Assembly (NCBI RefSeq): GCF_013155175.1
Contig: NZ_JABJTS010000010.1
DNA: 64,000 nucleotides
Origin: Corallococcus exiguus
GTDB lineage: Bacteria; Myxococcota; Myxococcia; Myxococcales; Myxococcaceae
Reading direction: 5' to 3' (one strand)
This document shows positions 41,221 through 49,949 of the stretch, piece by piece. The notes beneath the pieces were generated by a model, which saw only the letters and a list, made by a program, of their open reading frames with translations, was not told where the DNA came from and did not search any database. How positions within the stretch are numbered: position 1 is the first letter of the stretch; each line of letters begins with the position of its first letter. The position numbers and the translations under genes are program-made.

Positions 41221-43068
41221 TTACTCAAACTCGCTCACCGCCCTCACGTATTCGCTCGTGAAGATACGGCCATTGGAGGGTGAGTCGTTTCCGGGCTCGC
41301 GTGCCATTCCTCGTTCCCCGTCTTTCACGTCGTAGACCTCCAGGCAGACAGGAAAACTGTCGCCCTTTGGCGTAGTCGCCGAGGTGAGTCGCCCGTAAAC
41401 GCGGTCTCGCACGATTAGCCGACCAGACAGAACTGTCCCGTGCGGCATTTCCTCCCAATCGCCGTACAAGAACACCTGGGCAGGGCCTTCCCGAACAGAA
41501 ATGAATTGCGGGCGGTCACGGGTGAAAACGGCTTCGTGCCTGTCTCCAATGTCGATGCCCAGCTTCGCCATGGCCTTCACAGCACCCTTTGGGCACGGCT
41601 CCGGAGGTGGTGCCGGACGCACCTGCGGCCCTGGGCAGCCGAGCGCTGTGCAAGCCGCCGCCATTCCGACAGCACGGGCCATGACGCTCATGCCCTTCTT
41701 CGTGGGCTTCGAGGGGAGCTGAAGGGGCTGCGTCTCTTTCGGCTGCGTCGTCACGGTGGCTGAAACCTCCTGGAGCGTCGCGGGGAGAGCGACGGCCGCA
41801 GCAGTGGCCTCCGGCCCGGTGGGAGCTGCGGCGCGGTCAGCTTGAGGCGACTTGCCAGAGGGCGCTACTTCCTGACGGGTGGGGACTGGCCCTGCGACGC
41901 GCGACATCCCGAGGCCCCACGCCGCCCCTGACAGGACGAGCACCACCGCGAGCGCCGCCCAGGCGCGGAAGGCCCCACGCTGCGCAGGCGTCACACGCAC
42001 GGTCGTCGCGGGCGGCGGTGTCTCATCCGCAGCAGCCGCGTCCTCCGCTGGCACCTGTTTCTGGGGAATGCGTTTGCCGCGACGCGGGCGGTGTCGGGGT
42101 TGGTGCCGCCACTGCTCGAAGCTGTCGATGTCCTCTCCTTCCGTCGTCGCGGAATCCTCGTCGTAGGCGTCGCAGAGCGGCACGTCCCACGTCTCGTCCG
42201 CACCGCGCAGCGCCTGCTCCAGCAACTCGCAGAGAGCCTGGGCGCTGGGCGTGCGCGCCTCGGGCGTCTTCTCCAGGAGCTGCAAGCACACGTCGCTCAG
42301 CGCCCGAGGCACCCGCTCGTTCTCCTCGTGCGGCGGTGTGGGAGGGCTGGAGAGAATCGCCTCCGTCAAGCTGGCGCCGTCCTCGCCGTCAAAGGGGAAG
42401 CGCCCCGTCAGCAGCCGGTAGGTGACGAGTCCCAGCGCCCACAAGTCGTCCGCCGGCCCCGCTGTGTAACGGGCGTCCCTTGCCTCAAGGTGAGCACGCA
42501 GGAAGCGCCACGCCTCCGGGGAGCGGTAGTCCACCGTCCCGGGCGGGAGAATGTCCGCCGTCAGCTCGCGCGCGCCCGTGTAGTCGCCGATGCCGAAGTC
42601 CACCAGCTTGGCCAGGCCGTCCGAGGCGCGCACCATGACGTTGGCCTCCTTCACGTCCCGGTGCACCACCCCATCCGCGTGGGCAGCGGCGAGCGCCCGT
42701 GCCACGCCCAGCAGCACGCGCGTCACCTGCCGCGCCGTGGGGTTCTCCGCGTCGGCCCACGCGTCCAGCTGACGCCCTTCCACGTACTCCGTAACGATGA
42801 CGATGAATTGAGGCTGGGCCACCGGCCAGTAGCCATGGCCCAGAATCCGCACCACGTTGGGGTGATGCAGGCGAGTGAGGATGGAAACTTCGCGCTCCGC
42901 CCTCTCGCCTACGCGCGGCAGGTGCAGCAGCTTCAGAGCGAAGCGCTGGCCCTCGCAGTGCGCGAGGTACACCGTGCCGAAGCCGCCCTGCCCCAGCTGG
43001 CGCTCCACCGTGTAGCCCAGCACCTGGGCCCCAGGAGACAGCACGGCCGGAGGTGGCCCCCGCATCAT
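41221..43068 (-). CDS. Ser/Thr protein kinase, single-pass membrane, with extracytoplasmic Cys-containing C-terminal domain
   Basis: Gly loop LGQGGFGTVY. VAIK-type FALKLL. Catalytic loop HRDVKEANVMV. DFG VDFGIG. APE SPEAW. Pro-rich linker then TM 'ALAVVLVLSGAAWGL'. C-terminal about 200 aa with 4 Cys. Confidence 0.9.
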   Translation of the reverse strand: MMRGPPPAVLSPGAQVLGYTVERQLGQGGFGTVYLAHCEGQRFALKLLHLPRVGERAEREVSILTRLHHPNVVRILGHGYWPVAQPQFIVIVTEYVEGRQLDAWADAENPTARQVTRVLLGVARALAAAHADGVVHRDVKEANVMVRASDGLAKLVDFGIGDYTGARELTADILPPGTVDYRSPEAWRFLRAHLEARDARYTAGPADDLWALGLVTYRLLTGRFPFDGEDGASLTEAILSSPPTPPHEENERVPRALSDVCLQLLEKTPEARTPSAQALCELLEQALRGADETWDVPLCDAYDEDSATTEGEDIDSFEQWRHQPRHRPRRGKRIPQKQVPAEDAAAADETPPPATTVRVTPAQRGAFRAWAALAVVLVLSGAAWGLGMSRVAGPVPTRQEVAPSGKSPQADRAAAPTGPEATAAAVALPATLQEVSATVTTQPKETQPLQLPSKPTKKGMSVMARAVGMAAACTALGCPGPQVRPAPPPEPCPKGAVKAMAKLGIDIGDRHEAVFTRDRPQFISVREGPAQVFLYGDWEEMPHGTVLSGRLIVRDRVYGRLTSATTPKGDSFPVCLEVYDVKDGERGMAREPGNDSPSNGRIFTSEYVRAVSEFE

Positions 43069-43262
43069 GGCGACCTTCTTTCGGGCTCCCAGGCCTCTCG
43101 CATGCGGCGTCCTCCCAGCGGGGCGCGGACCCTACCAGAAGCGCGAGAAGCCCGGGAATCCCTCCCTCTGGCTGCACTCTCCAGAAAGGACTCAGGGAGT
43201 CCATTGTATTTCGCACAACCTCCAGCATTCACTCTTAGCGAACCTTCGGTTACGCTTCCGCC

Positions 43263-43604
43263 ATGGCGCGCCCCTCCTCGCAGCCGGCCCATCCCCTCGC
43301 CAGCACCATTGGTGACGCCGCGCGAGCGGCACGCACCCGCCTGGGCCTCACCCAGGCCGAAATGGCCCAGCGCGTGGGCCTCGCGCATGCCGTCTACAGC
43401 CGCATGGAGCGAGGCCGCATGCTTCCCCGAGTCTCCACGCTCCAACGCCTGTGCGGCGCGCTGGGCGTCACCCCGGACGAACTGATGGGCCACACGCCCC
43501 CTTCCGACGACTTGCCTGCGCGGCACCAGCTCCTCCTGCGTGTGCGCACCCTGGAGGAGCCCCAGGTGCGGGCGCTGCTGCTGTTGCTTCCCGAGTCCCG
43601 GTAG
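43263..43604 (+). CDS. XRE-family HTH transcriptional regulator (paralogue 1)
   Basis: 'LGLTQAEMAQRVGLAHAVYSRMERGRMLPRVSTLQRLCGALGVTPDELMG' Cro/C1-type HTH. Confidence 0.75.
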   Translation: MARPSSQPAHPLASTIGDAARAARTRLGLTQAEMAQRVGLAHAVYSRMERGRMLPRVSTLQRLCGALGVTPDELMGHTPPSDDLPARHQLLLRVRTLEEPQVRALLLLLPESR

Positions 43605-43631
43605 CGTGCCCTCGGCTACGCTGCGCCCGCC

Positions 43632-43991
43632 ATGAATGAGGAACTCGGCATCACCATCGGCACGGAGGCCCGCGCCGCCCGCCAGCACCTGGGCCTTACG
43701 CAGGCCGAAGTCGCGGAGCGCGTTGGGCTGGTGCACCCCGTCTACAACCGCCTGGAGCGCGGGAAGATGCTTCCCAGCGTCCCCTCCCTCTACCGCCTCT
43801 GCCGGGAGCTGCGGGTGTCGCCCGAGAAGCTGATGGGCCTGACGCCCACGGGCGACGTGCGCAAGGCCACGAAGCCCAAGCCCAAGGAAGAGGACGCCCC
43901 GGAGCTGCGGCGCCTCCTCCACCTCGCGCGCAAGCTGGACGCGGAGGACCTCGCGGCCCTCCTCCACGTCGCCTCGGCCCTGGCGCGCTGA
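43632..43991 (+). CDS. XRE-family HTH transcriptional regulator (paralogue 2, tandem duplicate)
   Basis: 'LGLTQAEVAERVGLVHPVYNRLERGKMLPSVPSLYRLCRELRVSPEKLMG'. About 60% identical to paralogue 1 over the HTH. C-terminal K/E-rich tail. Confidence 0.75.
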   Translation: MNEELGITIGTEARAARQHLGLTQAEVAERVGLVHPVYNRLERGKMLPSVPSLYRLCRELRVSPEKLMGLTPTGDVRKATKPKPKEEDAPELRRLLHLARKLDAEDLAALLHVASALAR

Positions 43992-43995
43992 AGCC

Positions 43996-45165
43996 CTACT
44001 CCCGCTTCAAGCCCTCCAACTCGTGGGCCTCCAGACCCTCGGGGAAGAAGCGCTCCTCGCCGAACTCCACCTCGTCGCGAAGGACGCTGCCCTCCGCCAG
44101 CACCTGGGCCCATTCCGCTGCGGCTTCCTGCCGGCCGTAGCCCGGGTGCCGCCTCGCCAGGGCGACTCGCATCGCGTCGCGCATGTCCGCCGCCGTGGCA
44201 AATCGCTCCTCGGGTTTGGCGCGCAACGCGACATGCAGCATCGCCTTCACGTCCGGAGATAGTGTGGCCACGGCCTCCTCGACGTCCTCCGGTCCGAAGC
44301 TCGCCAGCAGCACCTGCATTTGCGTGAGGGGCAGCGAAGGGAGGATTTCAGGCTGGAGGTGGACCAGCCCCTTGAGCGGACCCGGCACGTCCTCGACGTC
44401 GAAGAGGTGCTTGCCGGTGAAGAGTTCCACCAGCAGCACGCCCAGGCTGAAGACATCGGAGCGCGGAGTCAGGGGCTGCCGCGTCAGGTACTCCGGCGAG
44501 GCATACGCCACGTCGCCCCGGACGAGGCTCGCGGGCGACTCCTCGCGGCCCACCACCAGCGAGTAGGCCGCACCGAAGTTCGTCAGCTTCACCTCGCCTT
44601 GCGTGCCCACGTAGACATGCCGGGGGTTGACGTCGCGGTGGATGATGCCCAGCGACTTGCCGTCCGCGTCCGTCAGCGTGTGCGCGTGGTGCAGGGCCTC
44701 CGCGAGTTCCGCGCCGACGTAGAGGGCGAAGGCCTCGGAGACAGGCCGGCCGCGCGCCACCCCCGCACTCACCAGCGTCTCCAGCGAAGGGCCGTCCACA
44801 TACTCCATGACGGCGTGCAGCGCGCCCTTGTGCACCTTGCGGTGAAACACGGTGGCGATGGCGGGGTGGCGCAGACGGAAGGCCAGCTGAATCTCCTCCC
44901 CCAGCCGCGTGCGCTGCATGAAGGTGGAGGGGTTCGCCAGCCGCCGCACGAAGCAATAGCTGGGCAGCTTGTTGCCGCGCTCCGTGAAGCGCTGGGCCAG
45001 CATCAGCACCTCGCCCGTCTCCATCAGCACCAGCTCGCGGACGGCTTCGTAGCGGATGCCGTCGATGGTGAAGAGGAGCAGGGGCCTCTCAGGCGTCGGC
45101 GGAAGCTGCCTGCGGCGCGCGGAGGCTTCGGTGCGCGCCAGGTCATCGGTTGTCGTGTCGGGCAT
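43996..45165 (-). CDS. Protein-kinase-fold protein, predicted pseudokinase
   Basis: Kinase-like core with degenerate catalytic residues: catalytic loop 'HRDVNPRHV' (canonical HRDxKxxN has K→N and N→H), 'DFG' replaced by 'NFG', no clean GxGxxG. APE (ASPEY) retained. Confidence 0.75.
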   Translation of the reverse strand: MPDTTTDDLARTEASARRRQLPPTPERPLLLFTIDGIRYEAVRELVLMETGEVLMLAQRFTERGNKLPSYCFVRRLANPSTFMQRTRLGEEIQLAFRLRHPAIATVFHRKVHKGALHAVMEYVDGPSLETLVSAGVARGRPVSEAFALYVGAELAEALHHAHTLTDADGKSLGIIHRDVNPRHVYVGTQGEVKLTNFGAAYSLVVGREESPASLVRGDVAYASPEYLTRQPLTPRSDVFSLGVLLVELFTGKHLFDVEDVPGPLKGLVHLQPEILPSLPLTQMQVLLASFGPEDVEEAVATLSPDVKAMLHVALRAKPEERFATAADMRDAMRVALARRHPGYGRQEAAAEWAQVLAEGSVLRDEVEFGEERFFPEGLEAHELEGLKRE

Positions 45166-45169
45166 GGCT

Positions 45170-45210
45170 CCTCGGGAGGCGGGAGAGAAGGCGCGGCGGC
45201 GCCTCCCGAG
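45170..45210. terminator. Strong hairpin downstream of the minus-strand lysis genes, followed by an AT-rich tract; candidate prophage boundary
   Basis: CCTCGGGAGGCG…(17 nt)…CGCCTCCCGAGG perfect 12-bp inverted repeat. Adjacent 'agttaacttttaaagtccataacgacggactctaaagag' is unusually AT-rich for this genome. Confidence 0.45.
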
Positions 45211-45264
45211 GAGTTTGAGCGCAGTTAACTTTTAAAGTCCATAACGACGGACTCTAAAGAGCCA

Positions 45265-45561
45265 TCATCGCACCCGGGCGAGGGCGAAGCCTGCCCCCGC
45301 GCCGAGCACCACCGCCAGCACTACAGCCAGAACAGGGACGGGGCGCGGCTGCTGGCGGAGCACCTCGTTCTCCGCCTGGAGGCGGCGCAGCTCGCGAGCC
45401 GTGAGGATGCAGCGCTCCGTGGACAGCCAGCAGCCCTCAGCCACCACCACCGTGCGCCCGTCCTGAAGCGTCACGGTGGCGCGGGCCACATCCAGCACCT
45501 CCCCTTCGGCACGCGCCCCGCCTGCTATCAGCAGGGCCAGCGCTAGCACCAGGCCCCTCAC
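45265..45561 (-). CDS. Small membrane/secreted protein, candidate spanin or lysis accessory protein
   Basis: 98 aa. N-terminal signal/TM (LVLALALLIAGGARA). Central coiled-coil-like 'ARELRRLQAENEVLRQQ'. C-terminal TM (VLAVVLAVVLGAGAGFAL). 4-nt overlap with upstream gene, directly 3' of the endolysin. Confidence 0.4.
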   Translation of the reverse strand: MRGLVLALALLIAGGARAEGEVLDVARATVTLQDGRTVVVAEGCWLSTERCILTARELRRLQAENEVLRQQPRPVPVLAVVLAVVLGAGAGFALARVR

Positions 45562-46067
45562 CGCTTGTCGCCCGGCTGGAGTGCATCGAGCGCGGCCACC
45601 GCCGCCGCCTTACCGGCAATCTCCCCGGCCGCCACCTCCCCCGCCTCGCGCGCCGCGTCCGCCACCGAGTCACCGAAGAGGAGCGTCTTCACCACCGTGA
45701 AGCCGCCCGCCGCCCCGAGGCCGATGGTGAGCGCCTTCAGCAGCAGGGCCACGGTGAAGGACTCGCCCGCCAGCAGCGCGTTGGACACCGCACCCGCGAC
45801 GGACAGCAGCAGCGCCAGCACCGCGCCCGCCCGCGCCGTGCGCAAGAGCGGCCACCACGCGCCCACGAAGCGGCGCAGCACGTAGACGAGAGCGATGACG
45901 GCCAGGGACGCGACGAGGGCCCAGTTGCGGGCCGTCACCGCGTCGAGGATGAGGCGCGCGAAGGCCTCCATGTTGCCCGGGTCGGGCGTGCCGCTCGCCT
46001 GCGCAAAGGCGACGGAGGGGAAGACGAGGCAAAGGAAGAGGACGGCGAGACGTCGCAACATGGGCAT
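45558..46067 (-). CDS. Multi-TM membrane protein, candidate holin-like lysis protein
   Basis: 169 aa from ATG (MPMLRRLAVLFLCLVF…). 3-4 predicted TM helices. Lies between the endolysin and the small membrane protein. The tabulated 342-aa ORF is an upstream extension overlapping the endolysin. Confidence 0.4.
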   Translation of the reverse strand: MPMLRRLAVLFLCLVFPSVAFAQASGTPDPGNMEAFARLILDAVTARNWALVASLAVIALVYVLRRFVGAWWPLLRTARAGAVLALLLSVAGAVSNALLAGESFTVALLLKALTIGLGAAGGFTVVKTLLFGDSVADAAREAGEVAAGEIAGKAAAVAALDALQPGDKR

Positions 46068-46108
46068 GCCTTTCGTGGGTGAGGCGCGGCGAAGTGCCGC
46101 GCGGGAAG

Positions 46109-46675
46109 TCAGAAGCCGAGCCGCGCCAGGGAGGCCGCGAGCGCCGGGTGCATGGCGCGCCACTCCGGCATCGAGCGCAGCGTGTCGAGGAAGCGCCAGA
46201 CGGCGGCGAGCCGCTGCGCGTCCGTGCTGCCCTTTGGCTCCGAGTGGAAGAGGCCGCGCACGGGCTCCAATTGGCTGCCGCTCACGAGGCTCGGCCACTG
46301 GCAGTGCGGCGCGTCCCCGAAGGAGCCACCCCAGGCGAGGCCCGCGCTGCGCGTCTCCTCGCCAAGAATGGCGTAGGCAGGACCATCCCAGCGCGGCTGA
46401 AGTCCCGGGCGGTTCACGTCCGCATCGCGGCAGAAGTCGTTCGCCAGCCCGTAGTTGTGCGCGGAGAGTCCTTCCGGCGCCGCGCGCCCACCCTCTCCCT
46501 TCAGGTAGCGCAGGTGCAGCACGCGCTGCTCGGCGAAGGTGGAGTAGCCGCGCGTGGCGACGTAGTCCGCGCCTCGCGCTCGGCAACGGGCGATGACTTC
46601 CCCCATCACCGCCTGGAAGGGCGGATAGAGGGGCTTCAAGTCGAGGCGGGAGAAGAGTTCAGGGTTGGGAATCAT
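46109..46675 (-). CDS. Phage endolysin, peptidase M15 (L-alanyl-D-glutamate / D-Ala-D-Ala carboxypeptidase-like)
   Basis: 'SAHNYGLANDF' (H-x6-D zinc ligands of the M15/VanY fold) and a later His. 188 aa. Position at the end of the tail module. Confidence 0.65.
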   Translation of the reverse strand: MIPNPELFSRLDLKPLYPPFQAVMGEVIARCRARGADYVATRGYSTFAEQRVLHLRYLKGEGGRAAPEGLSAHNYGLANDFCRDADVNRPGLQPRWDGPAYAILGEETRSAGLAWGGSFGDAPHCQWPSLVSGSQLEPVRGLFHSEPKGSTDAQRLAAVWRFLDTLRSMPEWRAMHPALAASLARLGF

Positions 46676-46715
46676 CCCCCACTGAATGGGGGCGGGTTTC
46701 GACGTGTGGCGTGAG

Positions 46716-49118
46716 TCACCCTTCCGCGCGGAATCGCACTCCGTCGAGGCTCACCCAGGCCGCCCCCGTGGGCAGGCTAAAAACTTGGAGGCCACCGTCC
46801 ACGTTGAGCTGCCCCATGGCAAAGCCGTGGCTCGTCGGCAGTGACAGGATGCGGTTGGAGCTGGCCCGGTAGCCCACTGGGAAGCGGTACGCGTTCACGT
46901 AGCCCACCGCCCCTGGGCGGATGAGGCCGCGTGCGGACACCTCGTTGTCGCTGTTCTTGTAGAAGCCCAGGGGCCAGTTGGTCGCATCCCACGCCACCCA
47001 GCCATTCTCCAGGTCGCTAATCTGCCCCGTGCGGATGGCCGCCCACGGCTCGACGAGGCCGCCGATGCGCTCCAGGCGCACCGAATCGACGAACACCCAC
47101 GGCAAGCCTTGCGTTGCATGGGCCAGCAGACGCACCTGGACGTAGCGCGTCCCGGTGGGCGCATTGTGGAAGCCTGTCGTCCGCTCCCAGCCACTCGTCG
47201 GCAGCGTTTTCGTCGTGCTCACCGTACCCAACACGTTGAAGGCGCCGCCGTACCAGACGAGTTGGACAGAGAAGGCCGCCCCTACCTGTGACGCCCTCGC
47301 GAGGGCATCCACGCTGTACCTGTCGCCCGGCCGGGCAATCATCGCCTGCGAGTCAAGCCGCGTCCCGCTCGCCATGAGGCGGACGGCACGAGCCCCCGTG
47401 TACGCGTCCGCCGTCACCTGGGCATGCGCACCCCAGAGGCCCACGCCCATAGTCCAGGCGTCTGGCGGCAGCTCCTCGAAGGAGTGCGCCTCGAAGTCGG
47501 GGTTGGGTGGCGATTCCCCGAAGGCTACGGCGGGCTGCAGCGTGGCGGGCGTCACATAGCCCGTCGTGACGGACACCTCGGCGGATGGCGCGCCCAGGTT
47601 GCCAGAGGCATCGCGGCCCACGACCCGGCAGTAATACGTCGCGCCGGGGCGCAGTTCGGACAACGGGAAGCGCGTCGCCGAGGCCCGCCCCTGGAAGGTG
47701 GCCTCGGAAGGCTGGAAGCCCGGCGTTCGCGACGCATGCACCTCGTACTCGGCCCAGGCTGGGCCGGTAGTCGCAGGGGTCCACGTCACCACGCACCCGT
47801 TGACGGTCGGCACCGCCCTCACCTCCTGCGGCGCGGCCGGGCCCGTGAAGGCCGCGCTGGGAGCGATGCCCGGTCGACTGTCACGCTCCAGCCACTCACG
47901 CAGCGAGGTAGAAGGCTGGCCGCGCAGCACCAGTTTCATGCGCGCCGTGCCGTCCGTGGCGCACTGGTGCTCCAGCTCCTGCACCGCAAGCCGCTGCGCC
48001 GTGTCCAACCGCACGCCATCCGGAAGCACGAGCACCAGGTCCGCCAGCTCCAGGCCCGGGTGCGGATCCACCGTCATGGTGACGGCGAGGGGAGAGACGG
48101 AGAGATCCGCGATGGCCGCGTCCGCGAGCCGTTGCGCTTCGGGCTCCGTGTCGATGTTGCTGGAGGACTCCTCCGCCACCTGCATCCAGCGGCGGCCCAC
48201 CTGCGCGCGAGCCGTGGGGTTGCTGGCCGCCACCGTCTTTCGCTTCGGTGTTCCCGAGGCGTCCAAATCGTATTTGTCGCTGTAGACGACTTCGACGTCC
48301 GTGCGGATGTCCGCCAACTGCCGCGTCATCCCATCGAGGTTGCCGTACTCGTCCGGACCGTAGCTCCAGTCCTCCTCCGTCTGGAGTCGGTTGGGCGCGG
48401 CGAGCGTCAGTGCGTAGGCGCTTGCAGCAGGCTGCCAGCGCATGCGGCAGTCCCAGCCAATCCGCTGCGCCAGGGTGCGTGCCGCGTCCAGTACCGGCTC
48501 CACCTGCTGCAAGTACCGGCCGCGCTGGGACATGGGGTCCACGGGCGTAAAGAGCGCGAAGGAGGCGAGGCCGTTGTCGTCCAGTAGCGCCTGGATGATG
48601 GACTGCACGGCCACGCCCACCGTGTCGTTGCCGTATTCGCGCTCCACCTCGATGAAGGTGTCCTGCAGCAGCCCGCCCAAGTCCCGGCCCACGACGCGCA
48701 GCTCATCGGGCCCTGCGTCCACCTCGTCGATGCGGCCCCGGAAGACCTCGAAGTAGTCCGCCTCTTTCGGCGCGGTGGCGAGCGGCGCGAGGCCCAGCTC
48801 CACGCGGAAGTAGGCGCCCTCCACCAGCAGCGGCGCGAAAGTGCCCGCGTTGGACGTGTTGGCGAGGGACTGCACCACCAGGGGCGAAAGGGAGAGACGT
48901 GCTCCAGCGGCGCCGCTGCGCACCAGCGACACCTCCGCTTCGGCCACGGGCGCGTCCAGCTTGTCGTTGACTCGCACGCCCAGCACCCAGTCGAAGCCCA
49001 GAAGGACATGCAGGCCGCGCCACTCCCCTGCCGCGTCGCGTACCCAGACGCGCGGGTGGGTGGAGTAGCCGGAAGGGCTGCCCAGCAGGGCCGCCTGGAA
49101 GGAAGAGAGGGGCCTCAT
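46716..49118 (-). CDS. Phage tail fibre / host-specificity protein (GTA gp15-like N-terminal region, fibronectin-III domain, C-terminal lectin/concanavalin-like domain)
   Basis: 800 aa. Central 'VPTVNGCVVTWTPATTGPAWAEYEVHASRTPGFQP…YYCRVVGRDASGN' FN3 signature. Last large gene of the tail module, 4 nt from the distal-tail gene. Confidence 0.65.
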   Translation of the reverse strand: MRPLSSFQAALLGSPSGYSTHPRVWVRDAAGEWRGLHVLLGFDWVLGVRVNDKLDAPVAEAEVSLVRSGAAGARLSLSPLVVQSLANTSNAGTFAPLLVEGAYFRVELGLAPLATAPKEADYFEVFRGRIDEVDAGPDELRVVGRDLGGLLQDTFIEVEREYGNDTVGVAVQSIIQALLDDNGLASFALFTPVDPMSQRGRYLQQVEPVLDAARTLAQRIGWDCRMRWQPAASAYALTLAAPNRLQTEEDWSYGPDEYGNLDGMTRQLADIRTDVEVVYSDKYDLDASGTPKRKTVAASNPTARAQVGRRWMQVAEESSSNIDTEPEAQRLADAAIADLSVSPLAVTMTVDPHPGLELADLVLVLPDGVRLDTAQRLAVQELEHQCATDGTARMKLVLRGQPSTSLREWLERDSRPGIAPSAAFTGPAAPQEVRAVPTVNGCVVTWTPATTGPAWAEYEVHASRTPGFQPSEATFQGRASATRFPLSELRPGATYYCRVVGRDASGNLGAPSAEVSVTTGYVTPATLQPAVAFGESPPNPDFEAHSFEELPPDAWTMGVGLWGAHAQVTADAYTGARAVRLMASGTRLDSQAMIARPGDRYSVDALARASQVGAAFSVQLVWYGGAFNVLGTVSTTKTLPTSGWERTTGFHNAPTGTRYVQVRLLAHATQGLPWVFVDSVRLERIGGLVEPWAAIRTGQISDLENGWVAWDATNWPLGFYKNSDNEVSARGLIRPGAVGYVNAYRFPVGYRASSNRILSLPTSHGFAMGQLNVDGGLQVFSLPTGAAWVSLDGVRFRAEG

Positions 49119-49121
49119 GCG

Positions 49122-49949
49122 TCAGCGCTCCTGCAACTCGAAGTCGAACTCCTGCCCGAGGACGAGCACGCCGCCCTCCCACCACTGCACCGCGCGTCCT
49201 GTTCCCACCCGGCCCAGCACGGGAAGCGGCTCGTAAAGGGCAGCGCCCGAGGCCCGGTGGTACGGGTACGGCGCGCCGAAGGACTCGCCGGCAGCGAACC
49301 AGGGGGCCACCCACGACGCGGGCGCCACCCACGGCAGCACCACCAGCTCGTCCACCAGCAACTCGCCCGCTGCCGCTGCGTTGCTGAGCGTCACCGCGCC
49401 CAAGGGAAGCTGGCCCGTGCCATCCACGGCGAGGAAGCCGTCCGCGTGGGGGCTGGCACCCGGCACGCCGTTGACGCTGAGGCCCACGCCCGCGCGGTGG
49501 ACGTGGTGGCGCCACCTGTCCTTTGTCCCCTGGCGCTTCCACCAGTACGCCACCGTCCACTTCGCCCCGAGGCCCGTGGAGAAGGTGACCCTCGCTCCCG
49601 CCTCTATGAGCATGCACCCGCCGAAGCGCCCCGTGGCTTCCACCGCCCACACGTTGCCCACCATGCCGCTCGGCGAGAGGAAGGCCTGGCTACGCAGCCC
49701 GTCCTCGAAGTTCCACACCTGGCCCTCGCCCTTGAGGAGCCCCCGGTACGCGCGGGCCTCTTCCTGCGTCAGCGGGCCCGTGTTGCCCCCCAGGGTGAAG
49801 ACTTCACGCCGCTCGCTGCTGCGCAGCCAGCCGGAGAAGGCGCGGCGGTGCTCGCCCAGCAGCGTCGGTGTGTACGTGAGGCCTCGCTCCGCTGAAACGG
49901 GCAAGGGGATTCCAGAAAGAGCCAGAGCAGCCGGCATGGGATTCCTCAA
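49122..49949 (-). CDS. Phage distal tail protein (GTA gp12-like)
   Basis: 275 aa, between tape measure and fibre. 4-nt overlap with tape-measure gene. Confidence 0.5.
   Translation of the reverse strand: MRNPMPAALALSGIPLPVSAERGLTYTPTLLGEHRRAFSGWLRSSERREVFTLGGNTGPLTQEEARAYRGLLKGEGQVWNFEDGLRSQAFLSPSGMVGNVWAVEATGRFGGCMLIEAGARVTFSTGLGAKWTVAYWWKRQGTKDRWRHHVHRAGVGLSVNGVPGASPHADGFLAVDGTGQLPLGAVTLSNAAAAGELLVDELVVLPWVAPASWVAPWFAAGESFGAPYPYHRASGAALYEPLPVLGRVGTGRAVQWWEGGVLVLGQEFDFELQER

Noticed and set aside
46079-46714. 211-aa plus-strand ORF (GTG start) overlapping the endolysin
   Set aside because: Antisense to the M15 endolysin gene, which has a clear catalytic motif. Composition is Arg/Gly/Ala-rich.
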